From assembly GCA_010015805.1 (NCBI GenBank), contig ML978126.1, forward strand, positions 1,302,001-1,366,000: a DNA stretch of 64,000 nucleotides. Reading direction: 5' to 3'. Below, piece after piece: positions 13,351-24,844 of the stretch. Below the pieces are notes generated by a model. The model did not search any database. It was not told the origin of the DNA and worked only from the letters and a program-made list of their open reading frames with translations. The position numbers and the translations under genes are program-made. Each line of letters starts with the position of its first letter. Within the stretch, counting starts at the first letter, position 1. The DNA comes from Rhizodiscina lignyota (Eukaryota).

Positions 13351-15431
13351 TTAACGGCTCGATGTCTTGCCCATACCGCGCTTGCCAGAATTCTGCGAAA
13401 TGGTTAGTAAAAAGTACACCAAAAAAAAGCCACCAAAAAAACCACAGTATCGAACATACCAAATGCTTCGCCAGACTGGCAGTCGCATGCCGATCTGCCT
13501 CACCCTGCCTGGCCATCCTGTTCATCTTCTTCTGGCCCAACTTCGCCAGTCTCTCCGCCTTACTCCTCGCCATTGGATCCGTCACACCATCCTCCCTCCT
13601 ATTCGTACTCTGACTTCTCGCCCTGCTCTTCGCCCTCTGGATTGCTGACATTGGTGTATCGACGTCCATTGCATCAGCTGACGCCATGCTTCGCCCTCTT
13701 GATGGCGCCCTGCCTCTCGACTGCGACCTCGCACGCTCGGAAATCGACGCTGTATCATATCCCAGCTTAGTCAAGCTCTTCTCCATTTCCGACAGCTTCT
13801 TCGATTTTGCGCTTCGCGGTATGAGAGCCCGATTCTTCAGACTCTTTCGCATTCGTGCCTCGTTCCGGATGAGGACTCTCTTCTCCCTAATCAACTCCGC
13901 CTTGTATCTGATTTCAGCCTCGTCGGCGTCCTCAACATCTTCGTCGCTCTTTTCGTAGAATCCCTCTGCCTCTAATCTTTCCTCTTCCTCTTCCAGAGCA
14001 GCAAGTTTCTCCTCAATGTCAGGGTCGATGAAATCGTACACGTTCTTGCCATCAAAGACTTCAGGTATCTTGTCTTCCTTCCAGTCATCCTGTGCAAGAA
14101 GGTAATTCTTCTTCAGGTTGACGTTGTACACTCCAGCTCCACCCATCTCTTCTTCGATGTCGCGCTCTAGTCTCGGCCGGCTTGGGTCATCCCGATCGAA
14201 CTTCATCCGATTCTTCGCTGCCTCGGGGATAAAAGACTCTCGCACAACTCCGCCCAGTGGCTGCGCGACGTGAATGCGCCGGAGAAGTTCACCAAGTCGA
14301 CCAGTGGGTTCGCCAGAGCTGTTGGTTCCTGCTTTGAGTTTCTCGGCATTGCGCTGAGCAATGAGTCTGTCGCAAGCCGCATTGCGGACTTGCATAAGCC
14401 CTTCTGTAGTTGTACATGACAGTTGTAACAATTCCACTTCTCCCGACTTGAGCATTCCTTGTAGTTTTTCTTGTGTCTCGGCGTCGAGGTCTTCGGGCTT
14501 CATAAGGTCAATCTTATTGATAACTACGAAGACGAGCTTGTTTGAGAAGAGAGGCTTGATGCTGTTGAAGAGTTGTATTTGTGCAGATACAGAGTAACCG
14601 CACTGTTCTGAGAGATCCATGAAGTAGAGAATGGCGGAGCGAAGATGGGCGATGGCAGTGATCGATTGCATCTCAATAGTGTTCATCTCTTCGAGAGGAT
14701 GATCGAGGATTCCAGGTGTGTCAATTGCTTGGAATCGAAGCATCTTGTAGTCGAAATGGCCAACGAAGAGAGATTTTGTGGTGAAGGCATATGGTTGAAC
14801 GTCGACATCTGCGCGAGAGATATTCTTCAGGAAGCTCGACTTGCCCACGTTCGGATACCCGCAAATGAGCAACGTCCTCGTATTCGGATCAATGGACGGC
14901 AGGCGCCCAAGATGCTGTCTGACTTGCTCAAGGTATAGCAAAGGGTCCTTCATCCGCTTCGTGATTGTGGCCATGCGGCCGAGGGCCGCTCGCTTGAGCT
15001 GCTTGCATTGGAAGAGAGATTGGCCGTACTTCAATAACCGTACATAGTCTCTCGAGACGGTCTCTATGAGGTGCTTCGCGGTCGAAAGCTGTCCGAGAGC
15101 GATTCGAAAGTGGTCGGCGTCGTAGAGGGTGTTCAGAAGGTCGCGGTCTGTTTGAAAACCTGTTAGATTGGGTTTTCACTACTCGTCGGACTAACTCACG
15201 AAAAGGATGAATGTCTTGAAGTCTTGGGAAGCCATCGAGAATCGCTTGAAGCTTCTCCGAAAATGTCTCTGCCGTATACTTGACTTTGCGCGTGTAAAAT
15301 GCCCGTATCCTGCTGATTTTGAAGCCGGCGCGAATTTGGGTAGGAAGGCGGCGTTGAGTGCGACTGAGGACAATGTCCAGGAACTCCTGCGACGTAGGGA
15401 CCGGCGCAATGTCTTTCCAAGTCGTCTTCAT
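13351..15431 (-). CDS. NOG1: Nucleolar GTP-binding protein 1; introns 15148-15199 and 13393-13459
   Basis: [17 protein letters not shown]; spliced C-terminus [12 protein letters not shown]. Confidence 0.97.
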
Positions 15432-15495
15432 GGTGACTGGCAGACTGAATTCCCTCTTGTACTTGGATGAAATGGTACGAAGATTGGTGGGTTAC

Positions 15496-15504
15496 AAAAT
15501 TTCA
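15496..15504 (-). promoter_or_regulatory. RRPE-like element (TGAAATTTT) upstream of NOG1
   Basis: AAAATTTCA 65 bp upstream of the ATG of a ribosome-biogenesis gene. Confidence 0.5.
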
Positions 15505-16291
15505 TTTTCGAGGCGCAAATCGTATCGATAACAGCCACCCAAAAAGTTAAACGTTTTTCCGGCGCCGATGGCTCCGCCGGTAAATCTTCGGATACAGCAT
15601 CGTATCTTCACTTCAGATGAAGTCGAAACAGACCGGAATTGACTGGGAATAAGCTGCATAAACAGCTTACCACGATCGATCTAGCCCAAGCTTGCCTGAA
15701 CTGGGCTTGCTTAATCATATCGGTCATCAGGCATGAGTGCCGTTTGCCTGCTCTATCTCGAAATTTCTTTGAATCGCCTTTCTTATCCATGTACTAGCGG
15801 TTCCAGTAGAACTGAAGCCATGGGACTTGGGGAATATCGACGTGTCTAACCGGCTTCACTATACGGCCTCTATGAGTTGCACGCACGATGAAGTCTTTTC
15901 TGGCGCTTCGCAACTGCATCTAGAAAAATACCTTTTTAGAGCGGAAGAACCTCCTGTTTGCTGCTCGTTGCCTGAGCATCTGTTCGATTATACCGGGAGT
16001 CTCTACGTCAAGATCGGCACCTTAATTTACTCTTTGTTTGGAGGCTCACGCAAATTAGTCGACCGGCCGTTCAGCGTCGACCCAAGTGAAACTTTGAGAT
16101 TTGTGGTCTCTCTGCAATATGACTCCAGGCATTGATGGACTTTCATTTGTATTTAAGCTATCCCATGTACAAGCAGTTGGGCTGATAGTACCTGCTTAAC
16201 AGTTGTAGAATATCCGAACGATCCTTCTCGCGGCTTACGACCTGGACTGGCATGTCATCGCACACCGTCGTGTGAATAGGCTTGTACCAGA

Positions 16292-16807
16292 TCATGGCTG
16301 CTCTGAGAGGACACTGATCGCCTCCAGCGTTAGTGTGGGCAGCAAGCGTACAATAAGTAAATGATCAAGCAACAAGCCTGCCATCAACAGCCGCGTGAGA
16401 GCTCGTTCTACCATGTTTCTGTCCTGGCATGCTAAGGACTGGTTGACCTCCTGGAAGCTCTGCCAAATACGGGGGAGGCAGTATTCAAGTTCTCGTTTCC
16501 TACTGCCTGTTATATTTTCCTTTTCCGGGCCGATCATCTCTTCGATGACCTCTCCCAACTCTGTGATGGCCAATTGCCCTTCCTCCCACTTACCATTCAG
16601 TAAGTTCATGTAATCGCTTCCACTGAGGACCTTACGAGGCGTATTTAGGAAGAAATGTTTTCTCCCGTCTCTCATCGTAATTTCCGTAATGGGCGGGCGA
16701 GGGGCATTAACTACGTCGTGGTCGAGCCACTCACGTAGCAGCTTGCATAAGTTCGATAGCTTTTCGTTCAACTTCTGCTTGATGTTCTGGGTCTCGTTTG
16801 CGGCCAT
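16292..16807 (-). CDS. Orphan helical protein, 171 aa
   Basis: ATG-initiated ORF with amphipathic-helix pattern; no family recognised. Confidence 0.5.
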   Translation of the reverse strand: MAANETQNIKQKLNEKLSNLCKLLREWLDHDVVNAPRPPITEITMRDGRKHFFLNTPRKVLSGSDYMNLLNGKWEEGQLAITELGEVIEEMIGPEKENITGSRKRELEYCLPRIWQSFQEVNQSLACQDRNMVERALTRLLMAGLLLDHLLIVRLLPTLTLEAISVLSEQP

Positions 16808-17259
16808 CGGAGCAGATCAGGGTGGAAACCGGGGCAGTCCAAGTGTGTGTGAGTAGCTGAAGAAGCAAGTTGATTAAAGAGAAGGCTCGTCGGCCTACGA
16901 CATATATATGGTGCAGTGGCTTGGTCACAATGAGAGCAAAAACATTTGTCTTCAGAAAGGTATTGTCCAACTGTGGCAACCATGTCACCCACACTGTGAC
17001 GGTCGGGCTGATAGCATAGGAGCCAACTTATTGAAGCAACACACCGTTGTACCCGAAAGATGTGTTCACAAGCGCCTAAATCGCCGCAGAAATTCAGACC
17101 CAATGATTTTCCGTCGTAATGCCGAAGCACTCCGGGCAATTGTCTTGCGTTCACGGAAGCCTAATTTGTCACTGCAAGTATGATGGCATCATCGCCATTG
17201 ATACCAAGGCCTTAAAGTCAGTTTTGTTTCGGAGAAAATTTCTTCTCCTTCTCTGTTCA

Positions 17260-18063
17260 ATGATTCCTGACGGCGGACTATTCGACATGGAGGACGATAC
17301 TGAGACTTGGAAGCGATATTGCAGCTCTGAAGTTGCAGAAGACAAGCACTTGGTCAGCAAATGGAGCTACAGCATGTTGGAGATCGCACATTACCTCTCT
17401 TTGCAGCTAACGCACGACCATGATCGCGAATACGAGTGGTCGATGCCGGACCCAGAGACGCACGTCCAGCACCGATATCACAACGTCGCTCCTGAAGCCG
17501 GCCTCAACGACTCATATCACTTCTACTTCCGCCACCTTGCAGAAATCCTCCCCAAGATCGAAGCATGCATCCAAGAATTCCGCGAAACAATAGGTTTCTT
17601 GCGACAGCCTAGCGATGAAGACCAGATGCGGTACCCCAGCAAGTACCACGCGGTGTTCCGGCTGCCGAGCCGCGTTCAGGAGCTGCGGCGAGCGGCCAAC
17701 GATAAGGCAATCCTTCGAGCGCGGGCATGCATCAGGCGGTTGATTGACGATATCATCGGACTGGACTTGGGAGTGACCCTCTCAATGTTTCCTACTTTGA
17801 GACCTCTGCCAGAGACACAAGATGCTGAGGACGTTGTCGCACAAAAGGCGGAAGTGAGTCTTTCCAATAGCGAGACGAAGGTGATTGATACTAAAGGAGA
17901 ATCACAGGTACAGAAGCGAGTTGGTGGGGCATCAGAGGAGGGTGCAGAGAAGAAGGGGCAAATGGAGGGTGGAGGTGCAGGTGCAAAGGGCATGAAGGAG
18001 GCAGACAGATGGCAAGGGCCGGCTGATTCGGTGACAGAGGAGTACTTGAGAGCGTTGTGGTAG
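17260..18063 (+). CDS. Orphan protein with charged low-complexity tail (start uncertain: 17119, 17260 or 17287)
   Basis: 314-codon open frame with coding-like composition. Confidence 0.6.
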   Translation: MIPDGGLFDMEDDTETWKRYCSSEVAEDKHLVSKWSYSMLEIAHYLSLQLTHDHDREYEWSMPDPETHVQHRYHNVAPEAGLNDSYHFYFRHLAEILPKIEACIQEFRETIGFLRQPSDEDQMRYPSKYHAVFRLPSRVQELRRAANDKAILRARACIRRLIDDIIGLDLGVTLSMFPTLRPLPETQDAEDVVAQKAEVSLSNSETKVIDTKGESQVQKRVGGASEEGAEKKGQMEGGGAGAKGMKEADRWQGPADSVTEEYLRALW

Positions 18064-18296
18064 TTGTATATGCAGTGAAGGCAAAGCGCGTTGTCCGGTG
18101 AAAGAAGGGACGTTGATATTCAAACGACAAAGTTCACGTGCGTTTGGGGGCGCTCAGGCGCTCTGTAAGCAGTTTCAACATAGTCGTACACAAGTCGTTG
18201 TTCAGTCGACTAAACAACCTCTTCAGCTGTAGAATGGCAGAGCCGTAGTCTCTGATATATGCTCCAGCCCTCACAGCGAACTATGACCCACGCCTC

Positions 18297-19392
18297 TTAC
18301 GGAGTGTAGTATGTAGCCTCGCCTTTCACATTCTGCACGATCCGTCTCACATCCGCTTCCAAAGCCTCAATACCAGTCTCTGCCGGCTTCATCCCTAGTT
18401 TCTCATTCCACAATCCTCCATCAATCTGTGTGAAGTCGCCCAGCTCTCTTTCACCCCATCCCGCAACCTTGACCAATGGCAACTGAGCGGCGATATCACC
18501 ACCCAGCAGCTTCTCCTTGAACTTGCTAATCACCTGCTTGCTATGCTCCCTTTCCACTTTCCATGGCTCGCCTGTAATCTTCTCAAGCACGGAGAGTAGA
18601 GTCTTTTGACGGCAGACATACGTTGCGATGTAAATGTATTGGTTTGCGGTACTCTCAAGCATGGAGTGATTAGTTAATATATTGGCAAGACATTTCCCTA
18701 CGTCTTCGAGATTGGTTGTAGCAAACGGAACTGTTCCAGAATCCAGGATTTTGGCGTGGCGATTGGGAATGTCGAAACCTAAGAAGCCCGTTTCGAGGCC
18801 CTTAGAGCGCATGAATCAGCAAACTACGTTCATACGACATTCGGACAGCAAGACACTGCAGGAGAAGACCCACCCAATCGAAAAATGGCCCCGACACAAC
18901 CCCCGTCCACCCAAACTCACCCCCTTTCTCCTCGCTCTTCTTCTGCAAGTACTCCGTAACCTCCTTCCTCTGCTTGTAAGTCATCGTTACCAGATCCCTG
19001 ACCCTCTCATCTGCCGTATTCGCGCCAAACTCGCTCGGCACGAAGCGCGCTACTCCAGCGTCGACGGCCGCATCGATCATGGAGAATTGCTCTTTCAGCG
19101 CGCGACCGCCGACGAGGCAGATCACAGCATCGGTGCTGTGGGATCGGAAGGCGGCGAGGAGCGAGTCATACGAGGTGTCGGATTTTATTACTTTAGTGTC
19201 AGATGGGAAAGTGGCGGACGAGTCTGGGCGGGATATGACTGCTACGTTCAATGTTGTGGATTTAAGCGCAGAGAGAATGGGTGGACCGAGGGTGCCGGAG
19301 GCCTACAAAGTAAGTATTATTGTCAGTAACTGATCATGATTGTGACCGAAATATTCTGAATGGATAGTTCGAGAACTCTTGATCGTCGACAT
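18297..19392 (-). pseudogene. NmrA/isoflavone-reductase-like oxidoreductase, first exon apparently defective; intron 18801-18873
   Basis: ASGTLG, IDAAVDAGVARFVPSEFG, GPFFDW motifs; no phase-0 GT donor links MSTIKS (19392) to the TAG acceptor before ASGTLG. Confidence 0.6.
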
Positions 19393-19417
19393 CTGAGAGG
19401 AAGGAAAAGAGCGACTC

Positions 19418-19530
19418 CAAGGGCGACAAAATATGTGGCCGCCAGCCAAGTGGTAACGCTCAAGGCAAATATCCTAGCTCTTACATCTGAAGATAGCGAG
19501 ACTATCTCCGAAATCTCAGTATAGAGGCTA
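19418..19530 (-). mobile_element. Degenerate MITE copy C (partial)
   Basis: TIR-like CAAGGGCGACAAAATAT at 19418; reverse-strand core GAGATTTCGGAGATAGTCTCGCTATCTTCAGATGTAAGAG. Confidence 0.55.
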
Positions 19531-19960
19531 CACGTTATTGCTGTTCAGTGTCCTGAAAACTGCGACGAACTCCTGTTGGTACCATCGAGAGCGGAAATGA
19601 CTCATGGATTGAGGACATGAAATTCAGTAAGTCGAATCACAATTGAATGGGAGATGATGGAAATGACTCAGATATGCATTTGAACCTTTAACAACAGTCG
19701 AAACAGAGAACTTACCCCAACTATCACAACGTTTTTAATCTCTCGAGGCATGACGTCTGGCTGACGCGCAAATCTCAAGTGGGAGAATCTCTTTCAATTG
19801 ATAAGAAAATGGACTCAAGCCAGTCTGAACAGTGGATGGGTCAATATGGTATTAGATGATAGGTGGATGGAGCGCTTGCGGGTGCGTTGTGAAACGATTG
19901 GATTGCGTGATGCAGGTGTGAATATCGCATTTGGCCAAAGTTAGACTAGGCATGTGCTAG

Positions 19961-20193
19961 CAAGTGGATGACAAAATAGTTGAGTCGTGGCCGCAATATA
20001 TAGAACTACGATGATGTATATCCTCGATAGTTAATATAAGTTATACTTACTAAAGCTGCGTGTTTTAGATAAACGAACTCTAGTATATAATATATCGACC
20101 TTTCAGAGATGCTCTCACTAGCGTTGAAGAGGAAACCTTGCTTCTGCTCAATACCTTTAAACTTCATAGGACAACTATTTTATCACTCTCGTG
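19961..20193 (+). mobile_element. MITE copy D (233 bp)
   Basis: Ends CAAGTGGATGACAAAATAGTT and AACTATTTTATCACTCTCGTG; same length as and colinear with copy A. Confidence 0.75.
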
Positions 20194-20562
20194 GCTGAAC
20201 AACGCTTGGAGTACATGAGTAATCCGTCAGAACATTGCAGAAACCTCCTCAAGCACACTTCTACAACCGAATGGCTTTGCTGAAGCCAAGAACAAAATTC
20301 ACTTTAAGCCATATTGTAACTATCTCCCGCCTGACCTTCATCGCGCTAGGAATTCTCTGCAGCATCAGAAATTATTCACGAAACATCAATACAATTTCAC
20401 GGAATGGCAAGTTTGCATTAGACAACTCTATGGTCGATTCCGATACCTATGACCGTTTGTGATGTATCTTCACACAAGTCTACCCTCAATCAGCCGAGCA
20501 CCCAGGAGGCCAAACTCCCCATGCAAGGCAGAATATGACGATGGCTGCCCAACAGCCCAGAC

Positions 20563-22265
20563 CTAGGTCTGCGTCCCCTTCGCAATCCAACCGGCCTGCA
20601 CAAAGAACTCATAGAGACGATTGCCCTTCGTGTTCTCCAAGTTACATATCTCCCTGACCTGCTTCTTCTTTAAGGTGCCGCCATTGATTGTTGCTGCCTG
20701 GATGATCTTGGCTTTTATCATCATGTAGGGTTTAGGGAATATCCGCAAGGTCGAGCAAAGTTTCATCTCCGCGGGGGGTAACAAGTGCCTATCCGAGGCA
20801 TTCTCGTCGTTCAAGTCGAGGGATGTGCAGCCCGGGATTGCCGGGATGACGAACTCTACTTTTTCAGACTTGGGAACGACGCCATTCACGGTGTTGTTGC
20901 TTTGTGGAGTCAAAACGCCGTTGACGGTGGGCTTCGAGGTAGGGGATTCGGAGCCAGGAGGGGTGTGTAGCCCAGTTGCTCCTGGTTGATATTTTGCGGG
21001 GAGTTCTGGACCGACGAGCATGGAGGCGAGGCTCGGTTGTTCTGGTGGTGGCACAGGCTTCCTCAGGCCCGTCGATGCAAGTCTGTCGAACTGTGATATG
21101 GTAATTCCGCGTGCCTGACGAGCTTCTTTCTCCTTCTCGTATTTCTCACCTGCTGCGAGATCGTCGATGCCACCCTTTCGCCATTCTTGGAGCTGACTGA
21201 TTGCCTGACGAAGGTTGAGTTCATAAGCAAGGCCATCGTAGAACTCTTCGAAATCCTTGTGCGTCATCATCCGTGCGAAAGGCTTGACCCTGTTGTACAG
21301 CTCCTTCTCCTCCTTCGATCGCTTCTTGTCGACGGCTTGGTTGCGCTTGTATTCCAGCAATTCATGCTCGAAGATGATCTTCTTCCGCTCCACTCTTTGC
21401 GTCAAGCGCGAGTTGTAAATCTCCATGATCTTGAGCTTGAGTTCCATCTCCGGTTCGATTTCGCCAGTGCGTGGGTTGATGCCGTCGCCTGGTTCGAATT
21501 GCATGTGTTGGACAGCCTCCTCAGCTTCATTGAAGTACTCTGTCTCAAACTCTAGACGGCCAGGCATGAAACCGGCAACTTCGTGACAGGCAGGTTGAGA
21601 AGCGGTAGGTTTCTGTTTCGGGGCGCCAGGCGATGCCGTCTTGGCGGCTTCTTTTCTCTGTTCTATTCTCCGCTTTTTTCGTGCCTGGAACTCCTCGCGG
21701 GGTACGTCATCCGATAGCCTCGTGTCATTCAGGGCGCTCCGCTCGGGCAGAGGAAAGTTGGAGCTTTTGACGTAGGTATTGATATAGTGGTCGCGGACCT
21801 CGTCCTTGTATCTGTATCCACCTATGTGATCGGCAATGTCGGCCCATGATCCCAAGCCATATGTCTCCGCACCTTCGATGAGCGCGAGCTCCTCGTCTGC
21901 ACCCCAGTCTTCAGTGTATATGGGTATCGAATGCTGTTCGATGACTTTGAATGGGTGGGACTGAGGTTCATGGTCTTTCGTTTTCTTGCCTTCGGCAAAG
22001 CAGGGAACACAGAGGTCGTAGTCGGGGCATACATCGCATTTTATTCGGACCTGTTGACAGAGGGCATTAGCATTATCTGCACGTTTCCGTTTTGGGTGTG
22101 ACGCGCTGAGAGACATCAAGGTGGTCCGTGCGCGGGGGTGACGGAACTGCGAACAGGCAACCACAAGCATACCGTTGAAGTGATATCCACCGAACAAGAA
22201 TCGCAAACCCATTTAGAGCCTCCTTCTGTGCCGCGGGCGGCGGTCTTCTTCTTGATGAGACCCAT
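20563..22265 (-). CDS. ADA2: SAGA subunit Ada2 (ZZ zinc finger, SANT, SWIRM); intron 22051-22172
   Basis: [54 protein letters not shown]. Confidence 0.96.
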
Positions 22266-22999
22266 GATGGTTCAGCGGAGTGTCGGTGGAAAGGGTAAAG
22301 CGGCGATAGCGGGCGCAACGACGCTCCTCAGCGAAGAGGTCGTGTTTCTGGTGTTGTAAGCTTCGGACAGAGCGATATGGCGATGAATCTTGACGAAAAT
22401 TAGATGAAAAGTGGTTGTGTGGTGCAGAATGAGTAGGTTTCGGCGTGGAGATGTGTTGGAGGTTGCCGCACAACGTCGGGGGCTGTCGCTCGCTCGCGCG
22501 AACAAGAGGAGCCAGGTGGAGCGGAGGTGGCGGGCGGCAGCACCTCACCTACCATTTTGTCAGCGGCAGGCGCTTACCTAGGCCGCTGTTTGGCAACGAA
22601 ATTGAATTCGGAATTGAATCTACCTAATCCTCTCAATGAATTTGCAAATCAATAGGTCTTTCATGTGATGCGGGGAGGCCTCTAAATTCAATCTCAATAA
22701 TTATTTCGATTATTCCACCTACGAAACCCGAATTCGAAGGAGGGGATGTTCACAAGCAGCCTTAGCGCGACGCACGTGATTTTCCAACTTTTTCGGTGGC
22801 AGTTGGCACGTGCATTTGCATTCAATTCCCAATTTGGCCCTGTTTGGCAGATTGCGCTACAACTAAACAGCACGTAAAACGAATTGTATAATAGTAAATC
22901 GGAATTTACACGTAAATTTACGAGGATCCCCGTAGCTAATTAGAGAGTAGGGAATTGCTGGATCGAAGAAAGTTCGCCGAGGACGAGTTAGCGATAATA

Positions 23000-23120
23000 T
23001 ATGTATTACACTCCGAAGAACGCGCAAACTAAGCTTTCAGAGATAGTCTCGATTACCTTGCAGTGTACGAGCTGATCGACTTTATGTTACAGCTTCCCTG
23101 GGCCAAATCTTTTGCCACCT
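23000..23120 (+). mobile_element. Degenerate MITE copy E (partial)
   Basis: AAGCTTTCAGAGATAGTCTCG core (~23031); TIR-like TCTTTTGCCACCTC downstream. Confidence 0.5.
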
Positions 23121-23440
23121 CATCCAGTGCATTTGAGGTCTGGAAGACTGATAGAGATGTGGCGTGCAGGGTGGGGTCGGGTTACCCCAGCAAAGCCGGC
23201 GATCACGAACAGCTTCTGCCTCCAGCTCCGCCAAACAATCCAGTTACACCAACGCGACCGCTTTTGCCGCTGCGTATCGCGAGCAGGCACCAGCCTCGTT
23301 CCCGCAATATCGTCATGTATTTTCGTTTCTCGTAAATAGTTTCTTCGATAATCTCTTACTACTATCTCTCTTTGAAGCCTTCTACGCCCGCAGCTCACCG
23401 TCGCAATACCCTCGACCCACCACGACGCGCAACACAAGCA

Positions 23441-24844
23441 ATGGCGATTGGATCTCCCCGCTCGAATGTCCACAGACACTCATATCGCGTCGATGAGCTC
23501 CGAGGAAGCAAATCACAGGTCTTTCGGCCTCCTACCACACCGACGGCATCGACGACCAGTCTATCAGCCAGCAGCAGGCAGCAAGTCAACAGTCGGAAGC
23601 GCTCGCGTCCAAGCTCTCCTTCCATCACTTCAGCAAGCACTCCGAATCTGAAACCGCGCGATAGGCCCTTTCATACACCCTACTCGGCTGGCCAATCCGG
23701 AGACTGGTCTCATATCTCTGGCAACACGCTCTATTCGGCGCAATCCAGCGCGGTGAGATCGGCAGCGGCGAGCCCTCCCCCGTTTGTGGACACGCGATAT
23801 AACCTTGCTGGAGGACTGGACACACCTCCTGCAGTCACTGCGGTCCGCGATGATGTCGAGAGCGATTACGCTCGTCATGATGAGGGATTTCGACGACGAT
23901 GGAGCGACGCAAACCAGAACCAGAGACCCACGAAGCGAAATTATCCTTTCGAGCCGAATGGAGCACCTAGCACAGGTGCTGGCTGGTCCCATTATGTGTT
24001 CAACATCATCAATGGTGTTGCAGGTCGCATGATGAACTTTTGCAAAAATGGCGCCGCTTTCACAGGTTTCTACTCTGGAGGTGGGAGAGGCTACTCACTA
24101 GACTCTCCTGGTCATGCTGGATCAGGCCACATGGAGAAGAGCAATTGGGAGGACACAGAGCCTCTGGCTCGGTCTATGACTCCATTTGAGATGGTCTCAA
24201 CGCCCCTGCCTGGTCAGTTTCCCGCCGACAGTCCTCCACAAGACCGGCCAGCCAAGCGAACGAAGAGTAATGGTGGTGGATGGGTCATGGTGTCTGAGCC
24301 AAAGCTGGATCCACAAGGGCATGATGCGATACGATCGCGGGCGTCAAGTCCGAACATATCGATGAAGAGAACAGTCACACCCTCGCAGATTCCCCGGCCT
24401 ACTGTTTCCCGCGCTGCCTCTAAGCGTTCCATTGCACCTACAATGGTTGCTAGACGCCACTCGTCAACAGCGACATACGTGGGATCCCCGGTGCCACTCA
24501 ACAGCAACCATCCAGCAAGCGTGGCATCGCAACGCTCGCCCAGTCTGATCCCTTCGCCAGCAGCTGCGCACCAAGCACATAAGAGACATAGCAGTGGAAT
24601 TCGGAGTCGTCCAAGCACGGCAACTGGCATGTACAGCGACAGGGGCGCGAGCGAGATGTCTCCAGATGCCATGCGATACCAAGCACGCATCAAGAAGGAA
24701 GAGCGGGAGAGAGAGCATAGTATGCACAAGATGAATGCGAGATTGCAAGAGATGATCAGGGAGGGCAAAGCTGCGCTGGGTACAAAGATTGAGGTGGAAC
24801 TGGACGAAATGGATCTTGACTCTTATCGTGGACATGCTTGGTGA
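23441..24844 (+). CDS. Hypothetical Ser/Pro/Arg-rich protein with C-terminal coiled coil
   Basis: Long open frame of about 467 aa from ATG 23441; ends LQEMIREGKAALGTKIEV. Confidence 0.8.
   Translation: MAIGSPRSNVHRHSYRVDELRGSKSQVFRPPTTPTASTTSLSASSRQQVNSRKRSRPSSPSITSASTPNLKPRDRPFHTPYSAGQSGDWSHISGNTLYSAQSSAVRSAAASPPPFVDTRYNLAGGLDTPPAVTAVRDDVESDYARHDEGFRRRWSDANQNQRPTKRNYPFEPNGAPSTGAGWSHYVFNIINGVAGRMMNFCKNGAAFTGFYSGGGRGYSLDSPGHAGSGHMEKSNWEDTEPLARSMTPFEMVSTPLPGQFPADSPPQDRPAKRTKSNGGGWVMVSEPKLDPQGHDAIRSRASSPNISMKRTVTPSQIPRPTVSRAASKRSIAPTMVARRHSSTATYVGSPVPLNSNHPASVASQRSPSLIPSPAAAHQAHKRHSSGIRSRPSTATGMYSDRGASEMSPDAMRYQARIKKEEREREHSMHKMNARLQEMIREGKAALGTKIEVELDEMDLDSYRGHAW

Noticed and set aside
13058..13459. 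Hydrophobic C-terminal extension of NOG1 in the ORF track
   Set aside because: Artefact of reading through intron 13393-13459; splicing gives the normal SGKRGMGKT end.
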